A DNA stretch of 64,000 nt from Octopus vulgaris. Lineage: Eukaryota. The position numbers and the translations under genes are program-made. The stretch lies in assembly GCA_951406725.2 (NCBI GenBank), contig OX597818.1:64790001-64854000 (forward strand), written 5' to 3'. Of this stretch, positions 54,140-64,000 are shown piece by piece (within the stretch, counting starts at the first letter, position 1; each line of letters begins with the position of its first letter). Below the pieces are notes generated by a model, which was not told the DNA's origin, did no database searches, and was given only the letters and a program-made list of their open reading frames with translations.

Positions 54140-57100
54140 ATCTCTACTTTTTTACATAAGCAGTATATCAATATTTACACTATTTCCGTGTAGACAACGT
54201 TACATGTAAGTCTTCTTAACGTTTTCATTATGACGTCTACTTGTTCCTGATCTGGTAAATTATTTTTGATCAGCAAATATTTTAAGATTCATTGGATTCC
54301 CGACTCTACTGAGAGCGAAATATAACTGGCCATAAGTAAATACGGGCGCAGGCATGTAGATGCCGCACTTAGAAAGGCTTTCTCATTGAATTTTGTTTAG
54401 AGACATCACGAAAGCAGGTCTCACTTGAAATTGGCGTCTTTTCAAATTAAAGTGCAAATCTGCATCAGATGGTTGCTGAATAATGCGTGGAATCAAAAGT
54501 GTATCTCCTGCATCAACACCAGTTATTTTACTTGTAGTGATCATATTATCAGACACCGATAACACTCTATAATGTGCGCCATTGCAGTGTTCAATTCAGC
54601 GATTCAAATAGATAACGATGGCACATGGTTGCTTCGTCCCGAATAATCAAGCGTGCATCATGAAGTAAACGGCCAGTGACATAAAGAGGAGATATTTTGT
54701 ATGTTGAATTATAGTTTACCGGTAAGGGGAGCTGTCCTAATTGCAATATATTTGTAGATCCTGTTCTTTTCATGATGCGATAACAATAAAATTGAAGTAT
54801 TGAAATATGATGGTTGCCATTTCCATTCATTAATCCAACGTGTCACCCATCTATGCCAGAAGGGAAAAAAAGAGGACATCATTGGGGAGTATGATCGATG
54901 CGAGTGACTTAATATTTGTAAAGATCTTTGGTTACTCTCTACTCTGAATTATGTTACGAGCATTCGTTCTGAACAATTCGTTTCCTCATCAAGACTATTT
55001 TGCATAAGAATAGAAAGATCATTAGAAGTTGGTTGATTATATCTCCTGGAGTGTTCTTCACGAGGGTTTTATCCGCATATAAGCCAGCAAGAATATTTCC
55101 AGTATCAATTTGCTCCTGCACGGAGAGATTGTAAGTATTTCCAGCAGATATCATAGCGGAATTAATTTTTCGAAATATTTTTACATCGAAGGCTTGGTTT
55201 GCTTTGTTAAGAGGCGTTCTCTCAATTCGTCTTATTTGTTCATGATCAAAAAAACACGTTTGTAATCTAGTCAGGTATGTTCCTGTTTGGTTTCTAGGAG
55301 CTCCAATAAATCTATAAAGAATTCCATATATTCTGTAATTTGTAATTCTTCTCAGTATTGAAGTGTCATCTACTTTCATAGGACACATTGCCATTGCACT
55401 GTTGAGCCTTCGAATATTACATCTGAAATATTTTGCTTCAGGAGTATTAGAAAGAAAAAGATCGCAAGTTCGTTCGGTAACTCTTGGATATTTGCAATTT
55501 TTATCATTCCTGATTTACAGCAAATACCAAAACTGGAATTGTTCATTGTTCCTCCAGTTCGCTCTCCAATAAACACCAAAGCATTGCAGCGGTGGCAACT
55601 CGCGTCCATGAGGCCGCAATTGTGGCGAGCAACATCAACGGGAACCTGCAGAACTCCATCCATATAATAATGAGTCAGTCTATTGATTTTAAGAGTCAGT
55701 CTATTATTGATTTTACGACGTCTTCTGTGTTTTGCTGGATTTTGTTCTAAAACCTGTTTATGTTGTTCTTGTGACAGTTGTTGTTTTGCATTTCTATGTT
55801 GAGAAGCATCTCGTTCTAAAATTTGCTTTCTTTGCTCCTGTGACGGCGATTAACGGACCTGACGCCGTCTTTTTGAGTTCCTTTCGTGTTGCTCGTCTTT
55901 CTGTTCTTGAGCTTGCCTCAATCTCCGTTCTTACTCACTCAAACATTTTGCAGTTCTTCCATTATTTGACCGTTTGTCTTCCATGGACAAAACTTAATCA
56001 AATATTTATTCATTAAATACAATAGAATTAATTCAATAGAATAGAATAAAAACATAATAGTGAGACAGGTGATTGTATTATGATGACAATATTTGTATCT
56101 TATTTACACAGCATGAGGTATAAAAATAACCAAACTTTCTCACAGACATTCACAAATAGGAATGAATGAAAGACCATTAAAAATTATAACGAATATGTTA
56201 GCAGGGGTATCGAAATGGTAGTCACATGTAATGGTAAATATTAAGACTGAAGTATTTGTAACGAAGAGGCCCGAAAATCTCACGATGATGTGTTGGTCAA
56301 CCACGTCGGATCGATGAAAATTAACATAGAATGTTAACAGTATGCGTTTGTTGACAATCTACTTATGAAATTAATGCTGAGGAATGGGTGTGTGACAGAT
56401 GTGATAAAAATGGTAATCTGTAAATGTGGTAGGCATGACAATTAGATAGATTAATCAAGTGTGGGGGAGAAAGGAGAGATGATTACAGTAGCTTTCGTTT
56501 GACCCAGTGACACCGTTTCTCGTTCGCCCCTCCCCCCCAAACCGTCTGCAACAATCTACAGCCGATAGGAAGATGGACAAGATCCGGTTTGTCTGAACTT
56601 AATTTCACCTAGCTTGTCATTAAAAACTCATCAATCATTGGTTTTAGGTATGGTATATATTGACAGGTCAAAGAAGTTTTTCCCGTCGCAAACTGATTTG
56701 GCGAACGAACGTGCGACCAGCAATTCTGAGATGCGGTTTCAGGTCTTATCACGCGGCAAGAACTTCAAACAACCATGAAGAAAGAAAAGAAATATCGTTT
56801 TTTTTTTCTATGTATGACATTTTCTCCTTTTATCATTCTTAAAGCAAATATTTCATGCAAAGCGATGGATTATATTTCAGTTACAATTTATGATATGAAA
56901 TATAATTTCAAAATATTGAAAGACGAAGGACAAAATTCAGTCTCATTTTGACGACAAACGCTCTTTTATACATACAAACATTAATGACTCTCTCTTTTTT
57001 TCTTTGTGCGCCCCTCCCTCTCTTTTTTCTTTCCCTCCCCTTGTCAACTATACATTTCTACCCCTTTCTCTAACGCTACTGTTGTTTTTCGCTCCTTTTG

Positions 57101-57274
57101 TCACCCCTTCCTTCGTTATTGATAAGTTGTAACGGACTGACGCTTTTCCTCAATTTCTTTTTCTTTCATTCTTTCTTTCTTTCACTCTCTTCCCATTTCA
57201 TTCACCTCTTTTCCTCTATCTGGTTATTGATGGCTTCGGACAGACAGACGGACGGACGCGTCTCTTATTATAGC
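54140..57274 (-). mobile_element. Internally deleted Helitron (Rep/Hel pseudogene plus 5' region)
   Basis: Minus-strand motifs: CHRCNALVFIGE...CCKSG; NIRRLNSAMAM; YRIYGILYRFIG; HRSYSP..FP; LQFYCYRIM; then PIF1-helicase motifs LIIRDEATMCHRYLFESLN, CNG, LLIPRI, RRQFQVRPAFVMSLNKIQ, PVFTYGQLYFALSRV. A 5'-end-like CTATAATAAGAGACGCGTCCGTCCGTCTGTCTG lies at ~57273. The 3' CTAG end was not found. Confidence 0.88.
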
Positions 57275-57735
57275 AAAATCACATTGGCTCTACGACAGCA
57301 GTTTATTATTTTTCCCTTTATTTTGTTATTTTGCAATCGAATGTACCTTTTCCCTAAAAGCAATTTGATTCGGGAGTTTTGCCATGAATGGTTGGTCAGC
57401 GAATTGTTGGCCATGAGACGAGTTGAGAGACTCAAATGGAAGACGAGAGAAAATAGTTGAACTACGTCAATGATGACACTCTCCCCACTACAGGAGAGGC
57501 TTTCCTCCATAATGTAAACGACTCATAAATCAGCAAAAATCGGTTCACTCTCGCCAGAGAGATCCTTCTCATTACAGGACTTGAAAGGATGTTTCTTGTA
57601 TATTGAATGCATTTTGTGGATCCTTTTCCTTCATTCCGAGGGAAAAGACAACTTCCTTCCGTGTCTGTTTGTTTCCGAACCTAGGAACTTGATGCTGACA
57701 TGTTATACTGAGTTATTATGTAGGTCTTTGATATA

Positions 57736-57920
57736 ATCCTTTCTACTATAGGCAAAAGACCTGAAATTTGGTGTGACGGGGGAAGTCGATTAGATCGATC
57801 ACAATACGCAACTCCTACTTAATTTATCGAGCCCGAAATTATGAAAAGCAAACACAACCTCGGCGGCATTTAAACTCACAACGCAAAGACAGACGAAATA
57901 CCGTCAGGTCACCGCCTTAG
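57736..57920 (-). mobile_element. Nin/Deu-core-like SINE
   Basis: Same family as 11366 and 38340. Confidence 0.75.
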
Positions 57921-59826
57921 GTCCTGGTTATAAAATCTTTCTTGTTAGGAATATTTTTCTGTAACTGTTGACCGTAATTCCGTTCCACGCGTTCATTTCC
58001 AGCTCCATTTTCAATGGCAACTTTTCCCCTCTTTCATTATAGTTATTCGATATGGAATCGATGCTAATATTATCGAACTTTGCATTGCTGCACCCACTGC
58101 TGCATCCACAGAAGAAATTAATGTCAGCTTGGAGGTTAAATCTGATATTTACTGCTGTTGTTGTTGGTTTCCTCCTTCCAAATTTTCTGTGGACTTTGTT
58201 AGCCTAAATCCATTCCTCACAGAGTGTCAGGATTTCCTCTCCTAAATATTTTCAATGTCTCAAGCCTTCTAACTGTTTCAACTACGAGACACAAATATCT
58301 TTTCCTCGTTTCCTTTGTAATTTGCCGTGCAAAAGAAATATCGACCTTCTTAACATGCCCTCCCCCCTGATGTGAACATTTCGTTTCAAACTTTTCATTT
58401 CACGTGATCTTTTTGTTCGTTTGAAGAATGTGTAAGTAATCCCATCTGAACTTCAGTTGAAACACTCTTGTTTGTGATTTCGTGCGTTTGTAGGTGCGCC
58501 TATTACATTATTCTTGTCGACCAGCGTATTACTGTTGTTTAAATTCTTAGTAGGTACAATTGTAATTTCATCATTTTCAAAGTAGTGATCGCATTCATTA
58601 GCAATATATTTGTTTTGCTTTCTATTCCCTGTCGTGCAGAACAAATTACGAATCAGTGATGCATTAGCGATGATACACCAGAATGAAAACTGAATTAAAA
58701 TAGATTATATACAGCTCCACCATTTTAAATGTTGTTAAAAATGCCCTTCACTTATCCAAGAGAATGGGACCCGAAAGTTTGACGCATGGCTAACGATTCC
58801 TCTTTCCTATTATATTTGTTTCCGTTTGTAGTTCTATGAGAAAAGAATAGTAAAGATTTGCCGGTATCATGTTTTTGAGAAAGGCAGATTCTGACTTGTT
58901 ATACAGTATCCTACGCATTGTGGTCTCTGCACCACACCTGGGATAGACATACGAGCAAGGCAACAAAAATGCAATCTATTTCTGGCAGCACACATTTTCC
59001 CAGAGCTACGCCTTCATAAGCGGAATATATGATCGTCGGAGAAACAAAATCGATTCCGCGATATGGTATATGGAACCATAAATCGTAGCAAGAGACTAAA
59101 CTTGACATTCGGTAAAGTTGCTTAACGTAGAACTGATGATGTCGTTAACGTTCCGCAGGTGAAGAACGATCATGAAAATAACAATGAATATTGCATTATA
59201 AGGATATCCTGAAATTATATCACGTTACGACCCTGAAGGTCACGGTAATCCCTGTAGTGTCTATTTGATTACCGCCATTTCCATTCAAGACTAGAAGTGA
59301 ATTTTGACAATGCATGCAAGCATGACACAAGGTAGTGTTCACTTTAGACTTTAAATGCATCAAGTGATTCATATATTGTGATTAATAGCTACTCTTTAAA
59401 TCTCGTTTATATACCACAAATAATAAACAATATCAGGTAAGACATTTTGTGACACGTCCAAATTTCCGACAAAAGAGATCGAAATTATGGATGGATATTA
59501 ACAATAAGGAATTCGAAGATAAGAAGCAATGGAATGTGATACACGAAGAGAGAATCGTAGAGTAAGTCAAGAGAGCGGCCAGTATCTTCTACATATTTCT
59601 ACATATTTCACTCATTGCACGGCGGCCATACTGCAGCATTATTTTGAAGAGTTCAATCAATATATATTTTTAACTTTTGTACTTATTCTATAGATTTTAT
59701 ACCCGAATACCCAAGTAACTAGAACATAAACAAACCAACACCGATTGTCAGATGTCGGGATAAGCACAGGCACAAAGAGAGACACTATACATATTTTAGG
59801 TGTATATATTACGTGTGCGTGTGAGT

Positions 59827-59896
<70 letters not shown>

Positions 59897-61408
59897 TATA
59901 TATATATATGTGTATATATATAAAATTATATGCGATATGTAAATGTGTGTGTGTCCAAGTGTGAGTGTGCGTATATGTGTATGTGCGGGAATGTTTAGTT
60001 TTACACACCTCCATCACTGCGTAACCTGTATTCGTTTTTGCATCGTCGTAATTTGCAGGTTTAACAAAAATATCGACGGTGAAGTACAAAACTACACCAA
60101 AGACATATGTACTGGTATCGGCAATCGGTCAAAATCGTTCAAAGCGGTTTCATAGCGTCGACACTGACCAACGACTGAAACAAGTAAATGTTAAAAGACG
60201 ATAGATATCTATAAAGTCAATGCCATGACTTTATAGAATTACATAAAATTTGCACCTAAATAGAATTTTGAAGCATACATTTTATAGAAACTTGAATGAT
60301 ATTTTCCCTTTCAGTTACAGAGAGAACAATAAAATCCCTTAGCATTGCATCTGAAACGAGTAATTCTTATATTTAATGAAAAGGAATCTTGCAGTCGTGA
60401 TTGTTTATAGATCTGAATAAATCCTACTCTGATCGTATATATTCTTTTGGTAAGTTGTAGGAAAGTGTTACCTGCTGACAACTTGGTTTAGTATACTATA
60501 ATTTCCGCATTTATATCGCTTTAGTTTAATCCTTTCGATGTAAATAGCATTTTTCTCATGTAACAATACACTGATTACACAACTCCGTATTCCCACTTCA
60601 TTTTCAAACATTGCAAAGATACAGATGATGCAAGACAGTTTATTTATAGCGGCGGCGCTCTGGATATACAATAATGGCAGTTTTTCTCCTTCATATTGTT
60701 TATATCGCCTCTTATTTATGTGAGTTTCTTTTACACTCTACCGCTTGCTCACAAGAGATAACTTAATTGTGTGTCGTGAAATTCTGAAGCTACAAACGAC
60801 ATAGGGCTTTTAATATTTCTCCACATGATCAGACATCAATTTTATCACTACAACGCATGGCGGTAATCCAGAGGTGGTGGCAGCGGTGGTAGCAGTAAGG
60901 AAACTGTAAACTGTTTTAGTGTCCAACAGAGATATTGTTTTCCTTACACACAATCTACAGGATTAATATTCTTATCTTCAATATCGTTTCCTCTCGAGGG
61001 TACCGTTATTGATATCATCGGTTTCATTATTTACAATGTTACCGTATGTCAAAGTGGGTCACCTGTTTCGTATTCTGGATTTTATTCACAGTGAGGCTGA
61101 AACCGGCGAGCAGCGTTACTGATCGTCTATACTTCTTCTGAGAATATGGAACGTCATCATATAAGGACTCACCATTGATGGTTTATTCGTGTATAATCGT
61201 AAAGCACATGCGCACTCATACATGCAAACACCGACACAGACAAACAGACACACACACACACACACACAAACAGATACACACAAACACGTACATACATATC
61301 ATGTCTGATCGCAAAATCCACAATTCTTTTCTATATTCACTTACTGTTTATTTTCTCTTATTCCTCTCTGTTGAAGAGCGTAGGCTTAAAGCGTAAATGA
61401 TAGCTGGT

Positions 61409-61664
61409 GAAGGCACGTGGCCTAGACTCGCGGTCGAGGGATCCCGGGAGTTGTGTGAGTTTATGAGGAAAGCACCTAAATTCCACGCGTCTCCAGCAGA
61501 AGGTAATGGCGAACTTCTGCTGACTCTTTCGCCACAACTTTCTCTCACTCTTACCTCCTGCATTTGCAACGGACAGGCGTTTCGTCCAGGTGGAGAACCT
61601 ATACGCCAATGAAACAGAGAAACCGGCCTTTATGAGCCAAGCATGGCTCGAGAAGGAACAAACA
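61409..61664 (+). mobile_element. tRNA-derived SINE, same family as 42901-43203
   Basis: Colinear similarity with internal deletions. Confidence 0.8.
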
Positions 61665-61802
61665 ACTATATAGCTAGCAAAGCAAGGGCGCTGATTTAAG
61701 TGTGATTAAATGTTCAATTAATAAAGAGTTCGAAATTAAACGCAGTTAGTGTTTCTACTCTTGTGTAAATAGCAATATGCTCTATAGTTTATACAATCAT
61801 AG

Positions 61803-62260
61803 TTGCTACCCTGATATTGATTAATATATATATATATACGACGGACTTCTTTCGGTTTCCGTCAACCAAATCCAATCACAAGGCTTTGGTCAGCCCAAGG
61901 CTATAGTAGAAGACACTTGCCCAAGGTGAGACTGAACCCGGAACCATGTGGTTGGTAAGCAAGCTACTTACCACACAGCCACTCCTTGTTTATTTTTTTA
62001 TACTCCTCTCGTGTAATTATCAACATTTAATTAAATCAAACCAATTGATCTTCTGTCATTGATGCGTGAGTCTATGAACCATTTATAGAAAATTAATTAA
62101 AGAGCTGAAACGTAATGCATATCATTCATAACGTCAAAATTGCAAACCTCAGTTAAACATATTCCTATCAATTTACAAATAATGCATGAAATGATTTGTG
62201 GCTGTGTGGTAGGAAGTTTGCTGCCAAACCAAATGTTTTCAGATTCAGTTCCTCTTCGTG
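61803..62260 (+). repeat. Direct duplication, copy 2
   Basis: Near-identical to 51691-52136, with a short extra (TA)n near 61825. Confidence 0.9.
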
Positions 62261-62824
62261 AACAATGAATTCTACAAAGAAATTCTAGTCTAGTCACTGT
62301 TATGTACCAATAACCTGTAAACGCTCAATGTCTTAACAAGGATTGCTGTTTAGTAAAGGAAAATAACATTAATAATTGCACAAGCTGTCTTTCATATCAT
62401 ATATCAGCAAATATTGTAATTATGCTAACATAGTTAATTCTTAATGATGATAAATGTCATTTATTATGAACCAAGTAGGTCTATATACATGATAAATTAC
62501 TTTAAGGAACTAATTTATTCATCACTTACTTGGAATGGGTATGATGAATTAAGCACACCATAGGAATTTTAACTTAGTTTTCACAACAATGAAGAAAACA
62601 TATGCATGCTTTATGCAAATTATTAAAGCTATTTAACAAGAGAGGCAGATTAGATGTATTGGATAAGAAATCACATTTATAAATGTCTATTCAAGTTAGA
62701 TAAACATTAGCTGACACGTAAGTCTCGAATATTTATTACTTATATATAACAATATTCTGTCACATCCTATTCCATTGACCTGTTCTATACATATATCTGT
62801 AGTACTACATATGAAATATGTAAC

Positions 62825-62867
<43 letters not shown>

Positions 62868-62885
62868 TCACCAAGATAGATCGGT

Positions 62886-63097
62886 AGCCACTACACACGT
62901 TCTTTTCTCTTCTTTTTTTCTCTCCTTTTTTTCTCTCTTTTTTCTCTCCTTGTTTTTTTTATTTTTTATTGTATCCCTTTCTGTAGAAGAGCGTAGGCTC
63001 GAAACGTAAAATACTTTTTCAATTCCTGAGCGTTATACTAATACATCTGTTTGTTTTGTACACCCCCTGTCTTCGTCTTTTGTTTTTCGTGAACTCT

Positions 63098-63100
<3 letters not shown>
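62886..63100 (+). mobile_element. Second copy of the 350-535 repeat, ending in (TA)n
   Basis: agccactacacac...ccctttctgtagaagagcgtaggctcgaaacgtaaaa...gaactctcc(ta)n. Confidence 0.7.
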
Positions 63101-63146
<46 letters not shown>

Positions 63147-63721
63147 GATAGTCAATTCAAAGAACGAAAAAATTAGAGAAAATGAAAAAACAAAAAATAA
63201 GAACAAACGCGATGATGTACATAAGCAATGTCTTAATTTGACGCTCGGTGAAGGAAGAGAGCTGTTGTCAACGTTTCGAGCATAGCTCTTCGTCGGAAAC
63301 AAGGAAGTCCAAAGAGAAAAGAGTTGAAATGAGTAAAATCAACAACAGTCCTCGTGCAGTTAGAAAAGAATACACTTAGCAGCACATCTCATACAGGTCG
63401 TTATATTTCCTCGATATGTCCTTTATATATGATGCATTTCCTTTCACTATGGTTTTCCTTACTTCATTTGATTGCAGCTGCTCTCCATTTTAGCTTTAAT
63501 GCATTCAGCCGGACCATTCACCATCGCCTTAGTTGTTTTACGAATAGTTTGTCTCATTATTTCAACACCAAGGGACAACTGCATGCGTGTATCTGTTGTC
63601 TGCTGGTCTGGCGACATTTATGGCGAAATTGAATTTGGCATTTAGTGATTCCACTGTCACCTCATACGTTCCAATCCGATCAAGATTTTTCTGTTAACAA
63701 CAATAACAGCAGCAACAGCGT

Positions 63722-63821
63722 GAGGAAAGAGGAGGAGTAGAAGAAGATGAAGAATGTGAAGAAGAAGAAGGAGAAGAAGAAGAAGAAGAAGAAGAAGAAG
63801 AAGAAGAAGAAGGAGGACAAG

Positions 63822-63852
<31 letters not shown>

Positions 63853-63925
63853 GGAAAAAGTGGAAGACGAATAAGAAGAAGACGAAGAGGGAGAAGTAGA
63901 AGAAGTAGAAGAAGAAGAAGAAACG
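63722..63925. repeat. (GAA)n-rich microsatellite
   Basis: Direct reading. Confidence 0.9.
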
Positions 63926-64000
63926 AGAGTGTGAGTAGGACAGATGTGTGGAAATGAACGGCTGGATAACGTGGAAAAATGAAAGACTTTGACTACTTTA

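Noticed and set aside
59133-59200. CTGATGA...GAAA hammerhead candidate
   Set aside because: A stem II can be drawn, but there is no stem I and the cleavage triplet would end in G.

Overview
AT-rich eukaryotic non-coding DNA, most likely intergenic or intronic. It is full of (TA)n, (CA)n, (TATC)n, (TAA)n, (GAT)n and (GAA)n microsatellites and tRNA-derived SINEs, a repeat landscape resembling an octopod cephalopod genome (inference). I can support no intact host protein-coding gene, and nearly all listed ORFs are microsatellite or antisense artefacts. Recognisable decayed mobile elements are: an internally deleted Tc1/mariner; three R4/Dong-like RLE non-LTR fragments; a CR1/L2-group RT relic and several CR1-type 3' ends; a deleted Rep/Hel Helitron; a complete non-autonomous Helitron; a pogo/Tigger-like MITE; and many SINEs, including two 184-bp head-to-tail multimers. 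The most notable signal is a set of unrelated, ORF-less elements next to (TA)n tracts with inverted or tandem-plus-inverted architecture (594-1058, 34292-34811, 45971-47463). Each carries a minimal type-I hammerhead-ribozyme fold with a palindromic stem III, as known for Penelope-like element pseudo-LTRs. Their variants include U4C and U4A cores and a very long stem II.
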